NCBI RefSeq assembly: GCF_006345805.1
Contig: NC_042998.1
Coordinates: 130,138,001 to 130,202,000 of the forward strand
DNA from: Octopus sinensis
Taxonomy: Eukaryota
Length of the DNA stretch: 64,000 bases
Reading direction: 5' to 3'
In this document: positions 40,540 through 55,996 of the stretch, one piece after another
Numbering within the stretch: the first letter of the stretch is position 1
How the letters are laid out: every line of letters begins with the position of its first letter
Made by a program: the position numbers and the translations under genes
Notes under the pieces: model-generated
Database searches by the model: none
Told to the model about the DNA's origin: nothing
Seen by the model: only the letters and a program-made list of their open reading frames with translations

Positions 40540-41750
40540 CCGGAAAAAATCGCTGATTACCTTTCCCTGCCTGGAACTCCATATTTCGCAACATAGCGAA
40601 GACATCAAAGCTAGAAAAATACTGACCACCCACTGGCAACTTTCATTCAGTATTCTTACCGATAGGATGTATGGGAGACAAATTGATGGTGGTAACGGTA
40701 GAGAGACATAAGGACAGTCCATACTGTACAGCCTTTGAATGTTGCATTGTATCACTCAGACAACACTTATTGCACAGTAAACAAAAAAAGGAGTATATTC
40801 AATATATACTCAAAAGTGAGAGCAACATCTTCAGTTAGAGAAGAAGTACCGAGTAGGTGCTCTGAGAGTAAAACTGTCTTCTACAACCAAAAGAAGGCTA
40901 GACTGGCCTAACTAAACAGAAAGTTGGAGGAGAATCAGGCATCATATCAGAAGAAAGGTAATGTATGGATAAATATCCCGTAAGCTAAAGGATAACAACA
41001 TCATTTACCAGAATAATAGCTTGACGTGGACTTGAGATAGATACATTACATCTCATCTAGAAGCGTTTTCCTTCGCTATTCAGGAACAGGAGATAGTTGC
41101 TAAACACCTGATAAACAAAAGGGACATAAATACCTCCAAACCTCCACGTTGTGATAGAAAATATCGACTCTGCCATACCAGTGTAGAATATATCACCCAC
41201 ATCATCAACAGCTACTCCAAAATGTCTACGACACACTATCTACCCTTGAGACATCACATAGTTTCAAAACTTATTTAGAAGGCTGTCCGCTGGAAAGGCT
41301 GCACTGACCTATACATCAAAGAATGTCAGAACCAGCAGGTATTCACGCCTTTAAAATCAAGGAATGCTGGTGGCACACTGCAATAAAACAGCAATTCGGG
41401 GTCAAAAGTCATGCACTTTTGTAGAAGTCAGCTGTCCTCTGGATGTGAATGTACCATCAAAAGTTCAGGAAAAAAGATTAAATCTATGGTGAATTAATGC
41501 GGAACTTACAGCTCTCGTACCCTGACTATGAATTCTCATTTGTACCAATCTGCATCGGTGCATTAGGCTATATACCGATAAATTAACACAAAAAGCAAGA
41601 TAAACTAAGTTTTTTGAAGAGCCCAAAACAAAAAACAAAAAAATACTGACGTGTGTTCTCCAAATCCAAACTATTTGCGGTACATTGACAATTTGTAAGA
41701 CATTCCAAAGATTCTCTGTCTGAGATTCTTTCGATGAATAGATTCATACT
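40540..41750 (+). mobile_element. Decayed 3' part of an RLE-type non-LTR retrotransposon (R4/HERO/NeSL-like)
   Basis: Frameshifted peptides: DRMYGRQIDGG (post-RT thumb), EAFSFAIQEQEI, RLCHTSVEYITHII...RH (degenerate CCHC knuckle), WW, FVEVSCPLDVNV..K.QEK..YGEL, FVPICIGALG (restriction-like endonuclease region). Confidence 0.8.
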
Positions 41751-41908
41751 CTTGGGTGTCTGCATCGACAGCTCATCCAACACACGAATTTGGGTAAGTT
41801 TCTTAACTCATAAAAACTTGTTTTGTTATCAACCTGCTTGAACTCTCTCAAGAACTTAAATAGAATTAAAAGAAACATACCCTCACACGCACACGCGCAC
41901 ACACATGC

Positions 41909-41960
<52 letters not shown>

Positions 41961-42021
41961 ATATAAATATAAATATAAATATATGTATACATATATATAT
42001 ATATTTATATTTATATGTATA

Positions 42022-42052
<31 letters not shown>

Positions 42053-43326
42053 GCATATATACTTAAATACATATACAAATTCATATATCGTCACGTGCAT
42101 ACTTGTATTCTTGTGTGGTATGTAGATGCTCCGACGATTTCAACAAATGAACTCTCAGATGTGTGCTCAACTGAACTATTATGTCTTATGTGAATAACGG
42201 TCACATGTCTCGTTAAAGTAATTCACAGTTCGAAAGAATGTGACAAAATGTGTAATATGACGGATTTTTCCCGAGTTTTCTTCAATCTAATACATACGCA
42301 TGCACAATCTAATACATACACAAGGCTTGTGGCAACTCAAGGCTATGTTAAAATAAAACATTCACTCAACCTAGTGCTCAGTAGAATCGAACTAGGAACC
42401 TCATGACTGAGAAGCGAATAATTTACTCATGCATCCAAGCCTACGTTTGTACATACACGCATGCGAGCGTCTATGCTCGCATGGATGCACACAAGTATGC
42501 GCAGATTGTGCAAGCCTCAAATGCAAACACATAAAGGGTCATGAAATAAAGGTATAGAGAAGGACAAGGATATGTAGCCAGAAATTGATATCGTTATTCA
42601 CATACCTATCATGATGATCATCATTACCATCCTCGAATTCTCCTAATTACTGATTCGAACGAACGAACGAAGGGAAGTCTAGTCATTCGGGGAGTTGCTA
42701 GGTACGACAGATAAACATCACGCTCAAGCCACACCCTTATATCTGCGAAAGTATAGAGGAATATAAAAAGACATTGGACGGAATACTCTGGGTTATATGA
42801 TATTCCTGAGTCAGAAGAGGTGACAGTTCTGACTTAAATGAACTTACAACTTCAGCAGATTGGACTTGTGACTGACTGAGTAACATTTATTATCACATAC
42901 AAAATACAACCAAAACTCATAGGACCACACAGAACACACACATACACACACACAGAAATCCGCACACACATGCATTTACACGCAAAGTCACTCGCACAGA
43001 CAAATTTATATATGACAAAAAACTTAGATAAACATGTGCAATCATGTTTGTGAGCACCTAAATGCACAGATGTATGTACAAATAACATCTGGTGCAATAA
43101 CTCTGGTACATATTAAATATATATAAGTCAACCGTATATGTGATATGAAGGTAGGTTTCTGACAGAAGCTGCATATTATTAACTAGTTGCGACTACATCA
43201 CATACCCCGGGTCGAGTAGCAGCTGTAGTAATATTAAGCAGTATGCTACAGCAGCTCTATGATATATGCAAGGACAACAGTAGTCCATATACGCTCTCAG
43301 CAACACTGCTACATAGTACAAGACTG

Positions 43327-43364
<38 letters not shown>

Positions 43365-45539
43365 ACACAGATTCTATGTCTCTAACTCCCCTTCACACAC
43401 ACATATAGACTTATATTTATGTAAAGATAAGAATTCATATTTCTATACATATCCACTCATATATGCGTATATATATATATGTGTGTGTGTGTATATGCAT
43501 ATATACATTAGAATATATATATTCATATATACACACATATCTGTATGTGTGTGTGCGCGCGAAAATTCCTGCCGTTTTTAGGCAATTCAATGATATAAAA
43601 TGTATAAATTAAAATGTGTAGCAAATACAAAATTAAACAGAAGACGTAAACAATAATTATCCCAACTGTCGCATACAGCACAATGTAACAACGTGTTCAT
43701 ACAACAAAGAAGCCTCTACGTGGTCAGTCGATCTTTTGGAAATCCTTTGTGTCTTCAATAAGTGGACATATCTTACAACATAGTCATACATGCCCCTAAA
43801 ATAATCAAGAAGTCCGTAGTTAGACCGTCTAACGATCACTGTTGCTATGGACACAACTATAACACCCACTACAACAATTTTTACAGTTTTTCTTCGACCT
43901 ATGCCAAACGGAATGACGAAATTCAAAGCCTAAGTAACGGACAACTAAATGTTAATATAGAAATATTGGAAACATTATATAAGTTGTAGAATGTTGAAAT
44001 AAACAAACATCACCTTAAAATATGAAAAGATCCATAGCAGTACACGAAATTTCTATGTTAAAGAAAAATATATAAAACGTAACTAGATCCTGAAAGATAT
44101 TATATATTCTAATCAGAGCAACACTGAGACCCCTCACAAGTACTATTCATTATCGAATGAAATTTCGAAGATATAATGGTTTGTATTATAATGAATAATA
44201 TACAGATTACTTTATACTACATTGCGGACTATCGCTATATTATACTATACTAATATTCACTAAGCTGCTACAGTAGAGTAATTCACTCGAATACACTGTA
44301 CAACACAACTGTTCTAGTAATATTTTACATTGATTAAAATTTATGAAACACACTAACAGAGAGAACCGGAGAAAACAAAAATCTCTAGTTTGTCATATCA
44401 CACCTCAAATTTCCATCTTTAGTCATTCACTAAATCTGTTTACAACCAAACTGATATCAGTAAAAAATAGCAATGAACAATAAGAAATTGCAGCAGTAAA
44501 CTATATTTTATAGTAGTGACATTATCATCACAATGATCATGATCATGATAATCAGGATAGTCATCATCACCATCATCATCACCTTCACTCTCGTCACTGT
44601 CGCCGTCATCGCCGTCATCTTCGGCATTTCCGTCGCCATCGTCACAATAACCAAAACAATGTTATCAACATAAGCAGCAATATAAAGCAAAATTCACCAT
44701 TCATCAGCAGTCGCTTTAACATTGCAACAGAAGCTTCCAATAATATAGCAGCAACTACTGTAGATGCAGTACGCTGTGTGCAATGTTATCTGTCAGACAC
44801 ATTGGAAAATTGTTGAAGAGTCGGACGCAGTAGTAATTGAAGAATAATAAGTAGCTTGAAAAATATTGGGCGTCAGCACTGCGCATCAGCAAAGATGTTC
44901 AACAATAGCGATTCCCCGTATCAGACAATTCGCGATCAACATATTCCAGTTGATGCAATTTTATTTGCTGCAATTCAGATATCGTATTCATAGAAATTGC
45001 TTCAGCCTATTCAACTTAATTAAAATAGCTTCATCGCTTTAGCAATTTTGCTAACATTAAAAAATGTGGCAATATGGAAGAATAAATAAAATGTAGAACT
45101 AAATAAGTACATTACTACATTGAATTGTATGGCACGTGTTACAGTAGCCTAGAATATAACTGGATAATGAAACTTAGATTAGTAATAAACACTTTTTTCC
45201 TTTTTTAATTTCGATGGTTACTAAATACATATCCAAGAATCAGTCATCGCTTGACGGTCGGCAGACGACAGATCAAATTGTTGTCTGCAGCAATTGATAA
45301 GTATACTCATAGCTATGACAGTTTTCATTTTGTGTTGAAATTTGTCCAGGACATGTATATTAATTTTTAAATTATTTAAATAAATTATGTTATTAAATCT
45401 TTTATGAGTATGTTACTAACCTTTTGGGGGAAGAAGTTTTTTTTCTAATGCTTACATATACATACACACGAGGAGACATTCTTATAGGCATATATGCAAA
45501 ACAACGGTATAAGTCGAGTACTGATTTCATGAACACAGT

Positions 45540-45597
<58 letters not shown>

Positions 45598-45794
45598 ACG
45601 CACACATATATATATATACACACACATATTATGTATATATGTATATACGTATATACATATGTATATATATATATACACATATATATATATATAAGCCCTA
45701 ATTATATAATGTAATATTTTGAATTCGCCTTAAATGGTCCTTTTACATACTGAACACTTGGTGAAATTGATTAATTAATTTTACCCTCAATTGT

Positions 45795-45839
<45 letters not shown>

Positions 45840-47145
45840 TACACATACTAAAAGTAATAAAATTAGTATCGTATTGACTCCAGGAAATACTGATTAAACT
45901 TAGCTATAATGTTAATTTTCAATACAGGGAACATCAAAATGCTTACTGGAGTTAATTAATTATATGATGTAATATAAAAGCTATATTAGTTAATACTTAA
46001 TGTTATCTGATTTATTCGAAAAGTACCAGAGACAACAGTAGACACACTTGAAATTCTTATGATCTCGTAAGTGAATCATAAATTTCACTGCACTTGCCTA
46101 AATAATCAAAGAAAACATTGCCAAGTATATGATTGTAGACAGGTTATCTAGGAAAATGCTTAGTTGCTTACACTCCGCTCGAAACACCATCATTAGATTA
46201 GAAACGAAGTTTTCTCGTAGACAAGTCACGGCCTCGTGAAATTCAACCAGAAACCCATGCAATACAACCCCAGCCAGTGGAATACATTTATAGCTCTAAA
46301 TTCCAAATTCTAAACTCCACGCAAGTTATCTCATAATTATCACACGCGCAGTACTAGCAAACTAACCTGGCATGATAACCTTACACTCGTACATTTACGA
46401 CATTTAAAAAAGTGTATTTTGGTCCTAATATTAGAAGTATTTAGATATTCCTCGGATAACCTTACAGTACCTTTGTTACTACTATAATCAGTGCTTAGTT
46501 TTGTTAACTATATTGTCATTATGACAGTAATCTATAAGACTATTTTCTATACATTTTGCAAACTACAGCAATCATTTACATGAAACTTACATTGTATTGA
46601 GGATAAAATAACTCACACATATAATAGGGTTCTTTTATGATATCATAATAAGTACAAAGTATATTCATGAGTATGCTCATTATGTTATGAAATTATTAGA
46701 ATAACGTCATTTATTAAGAAATATATTTTTTATACGGCATAGTTATGTTCATGTAGATTCTTAATGTTATCTATATAATGCAAGTTAATGATTTTGTACA
46801 TTATTTTTTCTTTAAACAATTTCAATATATTTTAAACTGTTTTGCTTTAAGTAATGCAAATTATATGCTGCCATAGGATTTTTTTTTCCTGTCATAGAAA
46901 GAGGTTTCGGGAGTTGAGTACACTGATGACGCAAATTCATCGCCTGTAATGGAGGCTATAATGAGCAATATCTTTATACAGCAAGGGCAATTTGAACGAC
47001 CTTTGTCATTCATCAAAAAGATATACCCACTTTTGCATTAATTTCTCCCCAACCGTAGTAAGAGAGAAAAATATTTTTAGACAACACATTCTCTCTCTAT
47101 ATATATGTATATTTGTCGTAACCTTTAACAAAATACAAATAATAT

Positions 47146-47178
<33 letters not shown>

Positions 47179-47371
47179 ATGTGTGTATCTTGCTCTGTGC
47201 GTGTGTGTGGATGTGTGCCTATATGCAAATGAAGACGCTTATATAAGGCCTCTGCTTATTGAATATCTGTTTCCAAATAAAGTTAACGAATTTGAGACGA
47301 AAGGACAACGGATAGGAGTCGGGTTTTTGGATAAGCAGTGCAAATGAATAATCACTGAATTATGAACCTAG

Positions 47372-47582
<211 letters not shown>

Positions 47583-47764
47583 CTGTGGCTATGTAGGTAT
47601 GTATAAATGTGTGTGTATATATGTCTATATATATATATATATAATCTAATATATATATACATATAATCTAATATATATATATATACTTACATACATATAC
47701 ATTTTAATATGCTGCCACTTTTGATGAAATTTTTTTCTGAAAGAAATTTTATCCTATATTAGTT

Positions 47765-47804
<40 letters not shown>

Positions 47805-48176
47805 AAGTGTACGTGCATACACGTATATATTTTAAGCTAACATGAAGCGATCAAAGATGAGGAGCAAAATGTTTCATTGAGAACTTTGAGATAAAAAACT
47901 ACACTACGAACGGACATAAGAAATATGACATCCATACTGATATTTTCCCTCGGAATACGTCTGAGATCTACTGATTCCTAGTTCATGCGCAGTTCGTGCT
48001 TCCTCTGGGCATATAGTCTTCATTTGACTGCAAATCACATAGATGGCGCATTTCCTATTCCGTAATTCACAGTGTATAAAAACACCCGCCACACACGCAC
48101 AGGCTCATAGGCACACTCACTCAACGTATAAGCAAGTGCAAAAATACACATATATGCATATATATATATATATATA

Positions 48177-48232
<56 letters not shown>

Positions 48233-48649
48233 GTATACACACATATACATACACATATTACATACACACAGACGTATATACAAATATGTATATATATATA
48301 CACAGAGAGAGAAACATGAGAGAGAGAGAGGGGGGATAAACACACACGTCTGGTGGGTGCTTGTTAAAATTCTAGTCAGGGTTACAACTGTAAGTTTAAT
48401 AAACATATTTTTTAGCCTCGCAGTGTTTGGCTGCAGTTCTACCACTAGATTCACAGAGAGAGATAGAAAGAGGTAAGGAGAGACTTAAACGCATCGACTA
48501 TCGACTATCGATTGGCTTAGGGAAGCTAAAATATCTCTGTGTCAAATATTCAAATATATAATCGTATCCTTGGCTACAACTCTAATATCAAGAACGTTAC
48601 GTCTCTCCGCCAGAAATGGAATATGCATATACATATATATATATTATAT

Positions 48650-48738
<89 letters not shown>

Positions 48739-48741
48739 TAT

Positions 48742-48780
<39 letters not shown>

Positions 48781-48933
48781 CATAGATACATACATACATA
48801 CATACATATACATATATACATATATACATACATATATACATATATACATACATACATATATACATACATACATAAATACATACATATATACATATATACA
48901 TACATATACATGTATACATATATACATACATAC

Positions 48934-48987
<54 letters not shown>

Positions 48988-49930
48988 ATATATATACGTA
49001 CATGTATGCATGTGTGTGTATGTATATATATATGTGTGAGAGAGAGAAAAAGGGGAGAAAAGAAATAAATAGATAGATAGATAGATAGAGAGTGAGTGAA
49101 AGAGTGAGAGAGAGAGAGAGAGAGAGTGAGAGTGAGAGAGAGAAGCACATAATCGCTATAATACACGCGCGCGCGCGCACACACACTTATGCATAGACTT
49201 TCGCACAAGAGAGACGGGTGCAATCATACACATTAAAGGAAGAAAAAAAAAAAACGCAAACTGAACATTGTGGAAGGAGAATAGCTGGCTACATTGAATT
49301 AGCCGGACAGACAGACTGATATGCAAAGAGAGACAAGAAAGCACATAAATGAGAGCAAACAGCGCTGTGAGGCAGGGAGCGAAGGAGATGCACACATAAT
49401 ATATTACAATGCACTTCCTGTCTAAGATTTCCTCTACGTTCTCTCCTCTTTACTTATTGATTTTCCACTCAAGGCCAATATAATTAGTATAAGAAGTGCT
49501 CTTTGATACCATCTCCGTCAGTTCAACGAAAACAACTGACATCAGCAACGTTTGGATTACATAGTGATTTCAAGCAAATGAGATCAAAAGAGAAGATCTG
49601 CTGGCTTGCAGCAAAATATTACGTCACTTATTAATGTATACAGCCACGATACCCTACTCTGTCATAATTTACTATAGTATATGCTATTTAACCTAATTTT
49701 TTTATTATTCTTTTTTAAACAAAATTCACAAACATATAGTTAAACACGTATACACATTTTTCTCATACGTATATACTGTAAATGTGTATGTGTGTGTGTA
49801 TATATATATATATACACGGATAGATGGATAGATAGGAACAAATATGTATACGTACATATATTTATATATATTTCGTGTTTGGATTTGGTTTGCAAGATTC
49901 TTTATATGAGTTCGTGTGTTGAAGCATATT

Positions 49931-50221
49931 CTGTTGTGCTTGGGGAGAGTCATTTTCTTTTTGTGCCTTATAATTTAAGACACTCACCGGTAAAATTTCC
50001 ATTTATTTCTTATTTTTATTTTCCTAAAATTTTCGTTGCGTCTTGCAACCCTTTCAATAGTCTTGACTCTTGAGTCAAGACTATTGAAAACGTTGCAAGA
50101 CGTAACGAAAATTTTAGGAAAATAAAAATAAGAAAAAAATAACAATTAAGTGGAAATCTTACCGGTGAGTGTATTAAATTATAAGGCACAATGAGAAAAT
50201 AACTCTCCCCAGACACAACAG
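49931..50221. mobile_element. Palindromic foldback / MITE-like element, 291 bp
   Basis: Left arm 49931-50069 is the reverse complement of right arm 50072-50221, around the centre GTCTTGACTC-TT-GAGTCAAGAC. Ends are CTGTTGTG / CACAACAG, with TA on the right flank. Confidence 0.85.
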
Positions 50222-51488
50222 TATATATATATGTATATGCGACTGTGTGTTTGTGTGTTTCAAAGTAACACTGAATTGCATATCTATTTACACTCGAGAT
50301 GCATCATTCTCTATTCATTTCGGTATGATTATACAGCTACATGAAAATAGATCAAAGGTTCTTCCCGAACCATAGGCTCGTAAGGCTGGCATCCCGGATT
50401 TTGTGAACTATACTTTCTTCTCCTGTAATGGATCTCGTGTAACCAAAACTGAAATGTTTTACTCAATACTACAACGCATCATCCGGCTCAGGAATGGAAA
50501 CCATAATCCCACGATCACGAATGTAACACTGTGACCAATATCCCACGTCCATTCCCACATCCATCCATCCATACTTACATACATACATACATTCATTCAT
50601 TCATACATACATACATACACACATACATACACACATACATACATACATACATACATGCACGCATGTATACATACATACGTACATACATAGACACACAAAG
50701 AAATGTTATTCCATTTTTTAATGCTTAATAGAACCACTATTAAACAATCTCATTCTATCACATTTATCCTATGAGCTATAACCACAGCCTCAAATAGATT
50801 TATAAAGAATACTCATAATTTCATTGCGATTTCTCCCAATTATATTAACAATAATAAGAGTTCTCATAATTGCAGCAACAGTATTATGAATCTTACGATA
50901 TCGCTTATATTACTTATAACAGTACCGATACCCCAACTAACAATGGCATATGTAATATGGGCAACTGCAATAATTATCGGAACAACAACTCAAATAATGC
51001 CAAAACTGAAAATACCTATGAAAACAATAATATTAATTCTTAAAAAGATGACAGTAACTTTACCATTGCCAGCCAATTTAGTATTTTTAACTATAGGAGC
51101 TACCGTTTCAAACGTGGTGAACTAACCCCTACTAATATTGCTACTCCAATTCTCACCCAGACAAATATGGATAAAGTGGCTAGGAGCGTTCATGATGACA
51201 ATGTTGAGAATTATAGCGATAGTTGTAGTGGCTTGCGCACTACTATCTATAATCGATGTAAGTAGCATATTCGCAGCTAAAATATTTATAATCTTCCTAT
51301 GGGTTGTGGGTGGGGGAAGTATGTAAGGGGTAAAATTGAGTAATTTTTTATTTCTCGTTATCTTCTCCCTACCTGCTTGAAACCATTACATCGCAAGCAT
51401 TGTATCACTTTGTATTGGTGCATGATCCTAAAATGTGAAATTGGTCAGCATAGTTGTTGTTGACGATGAGAAAGTTCGAAACATCATC

Positions 51489-51668
51489 AGGCGTAGGAGT
51501 GGCTGTGTGGTAAGTAACTTGCTTACCAACGACATGTGTTCGGGTTCAGTCCCACTGCATGGCACCTTGGGCAAGTGTCTTCTACTATAGCCTTGGGCTG
51601 ACCAAAGCCTTGTGAGTGGATTTGGTAGGCGGAAACTGAAAGAAGCCCGTCGTATATATATATATATG

Positions 51669-51732
<64 letters not shown>

Positions 51733-51955
51733 TGTATGTATGTGTGTGTATATGTCTGTGTGTCTGTGTTTATCCACCCAGCATCGCTTGACAACCGATG
51801 CTGGTGTGTTTACGCCCCCGTAACTTAGCGGCTCGGCAAACGAGAGCGATAGAATAAGTACTTGGCTTACAACGAATAAGTCCCGGGGTCGATTTGCTCG
51901 ACTAAACGCGGTGCTCCAGCATGGCCGCAGTCAAATGCCTGAAACAAGTAAAGAG
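51489..51955 (+). mobile_element. Full-length family B SINE
   Basis: AGGCGTAGGAGTGGCTGTGTGGTAAG...CGGGTTCAGTCCCACTGCATGGCACCTTGGGCAAGTG...(TA)n(GA)n...GCGGTGCTCCAGCATGGCCGCAGTCAAATGCCTGAAACAAG. Confidence 0.88.
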
Positions 51956-53394
51956 AGAGGCAACAGCTACTACTTTTCATGAAAGTTTTTCTCAACATTA
52001 ATACGATTATAACTGAGGTTACTAATAAAATATCTGGATAATTTTGGGTGATCAATAGCCAAAATTCTTTTCTTTGTTGGATCCTTAGTCAATTGTTTCT
52101 CACACTAATGTGTAATTCAATAATTTTCTATTTTCAAAAGAATGATCTCTAAATGTGCAATGACTGATTTCAATTTCTCTTTTACTGCATTGTGTGCATT
52201 GTGCGTAAATGTATCAGTAAGGGAGCCAGTTCAACAGATCGTGTAGGAGCTATAGAGAATATTTTTTAACGAAATGTTAAATTTAGTTGAGGTTCGTTAA
52301 TTTCATTTCACGAAGATTCTTTTTCATTTACTTAGATATTTTAAATTATTGTTGCATTTCTGATCTTTCTAATGTCTGAGGGTGGATATTGATACGTATG
52401 AGTTTTATTTTATCTTTTTTTTTGTCAAATATAATTCTGGAGAGCTGCAGAGACAAATTCACCTTATATTGTCTTACTTATTTTATCCCACTTAAATTTG
52501 TCTTTTGTATGTTCAAACACAGCGAAAATAATTAATTGAAATATTAAGAAGAAAATAAAATAAAATACAAACCCTGAAGCGGTTCTCTCCCTTTAAGGTG
52601 AATATTTACCCTCTCTTTACACACACACACAAGTAATTACAGTTATCTATCTACCTATCTTTCTATCTATCTGTCTGTCTGTCTGTTTCTCTATCTCTCT
52701 CTCTCTACATATATATACATATATAAGATTACGGGTATTTTAACCCTAGATATTAAATATTACATCCATTTAATATCATATATTTTTACGCACACGCATA
52801 CACACACTCACACACGCACACACACACACACACAAACAAATCCCCACACCCCTACACACAAACAAACACAAGCATATATATATAATGTTAATAACTTCTA
52901 ACGTCGGTTTAAATTTCACGAGTGGGATATCAATCGCATCATTATTTTGGATAGCGATCAACATGCCTTATTATTCCTTAATTAAAATAAATCAAGCGTG
53001 TGACGCATTCAGGGATGAAAATCATAACAAAGTACTTGAAGAAAATTAATATTATATAAGAATGATTTCACGGCCAATCAAATGTATTGATTAATTAAGT
53101 GACGCAGATATGAGCCAGAGTGAGTCAGTAAACGTATCATAGGTGTCAAAAATAAGGCACACAGCAATCATACACGAAATGCAGACAAACTCCACCCCAA
53201 ATCAATACCCAAAATTTGCAAAACTTTATGGAAGTTCTAGATATTAGAGAAAACTGAACCTCTTCACTTTAGAGAATGAATATTTGTCCATATAGAACAT
53301 AGTTAGGTATGACGGGGTACTGATTTCTGAGTCAGTCAGAAAATATATAATCATATGCCAATGATAATGAAACACATACACATATACCCCTTCT

Positions 53395-53520
53395 CGCTTC
53401 CCTTCTTTCTTCCTTCCTTCCTTCCTTCCTTCCTTCCTTCCTTCCTTCCTTCTTTCCTTCCTTTCTTTCTTTCCTTCCCTCTTTCTTTCTTTGTTTTTTC
53501 TTCCTTCTTTCTTTCTCTGC
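53395..53520. repeat. (TTCC)n/(TTTC)n tract
   Basis: Directly visible. Confidence 0.9.
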
Positions 53521-54060
53521 CCCTCTCTTTCTCGACACATGCAGGCGCGCACAAACACACATACACACTCATGCACACGCACAAACACACACACACGCAC
53601 AAACACACACACACACACACACACCACACACACACACACAGTGGCATTTTTGGAGAAATAGACAAAAACCTTTTTTTCTTTATGTATTGTAGTAGACAAA
53701 TCTCCACAGGGGTTTGGTCTAATTCTATTATGGATTTTTCATACTTTGTTATCAGCTTTTCATGCACAAACTGGATCGTTAGGGCACCTAAGCTCTTTCA
53801 GTTCATTAAAGTTTCGATTTTTCTACCAACTTTCTTCTCGGAATTACATAATCGGAAAGATAGAATGTTCCGGCGCTTTTCGTTAGCCCACAAAACTTAA
53901 TGGTAATATAAGCGGATTTTCGTTTCTTTTCCAACACCTATTAAGTCCGCTATTTTCCGTAGTTCATTTCACGTGTTGTTAATTTTCTATTAACACAGCC
54001 AATACACAAGGTCATCTAATCTTTTAAAAAGCTTTTCGTGGAATATTCTTTTCTACTCTA

Positions 54061-54223
54061 GGCCCAAAATTTAGTGGGGAGAGGGTTAGTCGATTAGATC
54101 GACCCCGAAACGATGAAAGGCAAATTCGACATCGGTGGAATTTGAACTCAGAGCACAAAGACAGACGAAATACCACTATGCATTTCGCCCGGCGTCCTAG
54201 CGTTTCTGCCAGCTCACCGCCTT
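54061..54223 (-). mobile_element. Family A SINE with internal deletion
   Basis: GAAAGGCAAATTCGACATCGGTGGAATTTGAACTCAG...GCCCGGCGTCCTAGCGTTTCTGCCAGCTCACCGCCT. Confidence 0.75.
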
Positions 54224-54466
54224 CTTTGTGTGGAATATTACATAGAATATATTACTTCCATTATTTACAATTGACGGATATTTGTCCTCGTCTTGTTTGT
54301 TGTTAACACAACGTTTTGCTGACATACCCTCTAGCCTTCATCAGGTGTCTTGGAGAAATTTCGAACCTGGGTTTTCCTTCCTAAGGTATTTTTCGATGTC
54401 GTTATTAACCACTACGCCATATGCCCACGGGCATATGAATACAACACACACACACACATACACTCT

Positions 54467-54500
<34 letters not shown>

Positions 54501-54687
54501 CAAACACACGCAATATATTTAACACAAAATATTTCAGCAGTATTTCAGCAGTAGGGCTCATAATGCCAGTTACCCTGTCTCCAAGTGACCAAAGTTACAA
54601 TATTTTTCTGCCAACTCGCCTCCCCATATACGAGGGGAATAATTCATAGGCTGATTATGAGGGAGTAATGCTAAAGTTTTGCATGTA

Positions 54688-55868
54688 TTATTAGGCTGTT
54701 CCGAAAATAATGGCCGCTCTAAGTGTTGTGTTGTGAAGCGCAATTTTATCATAGTATTTGAATTATATGTTAGTGTCATAGTATTTTAATTATGTTTTCG
54801 ACATATTTAATAATTGGTGTATGCTCTTTAAAAATTTTCTACTTATTTCAGACAGAAAACATTCTTGAAGTATAGGCGCCCTGAATTATGAAGATGACTG
54901 AAAAAGGACCTTCACTTATTTTTCTTGCATGAGTTCAAACTTGAACACCATGCTTCCCAAATTGCTGTCAATATCAATAGAGCATGGAGGGAGGGATCCA
55001 CAGGTGATCGCACAGTACGAAGGTGGTTTCAGAAATTCCGTAGTGGTGATGAGTGCCTTGAATAAGAAGAAGGTAGAGGATAATTATTCAGTCTTGACAA
55101 TGAACAATTGAAAGCAATTGTTGAACAAAACCCACGTCAAAGTTTCAGAGAGCTGTCTCAGGCACTTGGCATCAGTATTGCAACGCTCTCACGCAATCTG
55201 CAGAAGATTGATAAGGTGAAAAAGCTCGACAAATGGGCACTGCATGAAATCAATGAAAATCCAAAAGTTCGGCGTTTTGAAGTGTGCTCGATGCTCTTTC
55301 TGCGAAACACCAATAGTTTTGACCGAATAGTCATTTGTAACGAAAGGTGGATCCTTAATGATAATCGAAAGCGATCAGGTGAATGGCTTGATCGTGGTCC
55401 TCCAAACATTTCCCAAAGTCAAAGATGTATCAGCAAAAGATTATGGTGGCTGTCTGGTGGTCTGCAATTGGTGTTGTCCATTACAACTTTCTGGAAGCCA
55501 ATCAGATCATTATAGCAGAGGTTTACTGCAATCAACTCGCTGAAATGAATGCTCACTTGCAAAAAATGAGACCAGCATTGGTGAATCGGCGGGACCCAAT
55601 TCTACTCCACGATAATGCAAAACCACATGTTTCAAGAATGACGCTGCAGAAATTCACAGACTTAGGATACGAGACTTTACCACATCCTCAATATTCTCCT
55701 AATCTTTCACCCACTGACCACCATTTTTAGAGCATTTAAACACGTTTTTAAGTGATAAAACTTTCAGGTCCAAACCAGAGGTGGAATCAGCTTTCGAAGA
55801 TTTCTTGGCATGAAAGCCAATAAGTTTTTATCAATGAGGCATAAATAATCTCGTTGATCGATGGCAGA
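54688..55868 (+). mobile_element. Mariner transposon with decayed transposase (Hsmar1/SETMAR-like), 3' end missing
   Basis: TIR-like TTAGGCTGTTCCGAAAATAATGGCCGC. From ATG 54888 with stops and frameshifts: RTVRRWFQKFRSGD..LDNEQLKAIVEQNPRQ..KKLDKWALHE..DRIVICNERWI..KIMVAVWWS..ILLHDNAKPH..LPHPQYSPNLSPTDHH. Breaks off at LVDRW(Q) into (TCTA)n. Confidence 0.9.
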
Positions 55869-55912
55869 TCTATCTATCTATCATCTATCTATCTATCTAT
55901 CTACCTATCTAC

Positions 55913-55995
<83 letters not shown>
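55869..55995. repeat. (TCTA)n microsatellite at the 5' junction of the Tx1 element
   Basis: Directly visible. Confidence 0.95.

Positions 55996-55996
<1 letters not shown>

Noticed and set aside
42708-42838. Protein-looking frame QINITLKPHPYICESIEEYKRHWTEYSGLYDIPESEEVTVLT*
   Set aside because: Short, weak splice acceptor, and no family recognised.
43657-43989. Overlapping 75-89 aa ORFs on both strands
   Set aside because: No recognisable motif or splice context; may be decayed repeat.
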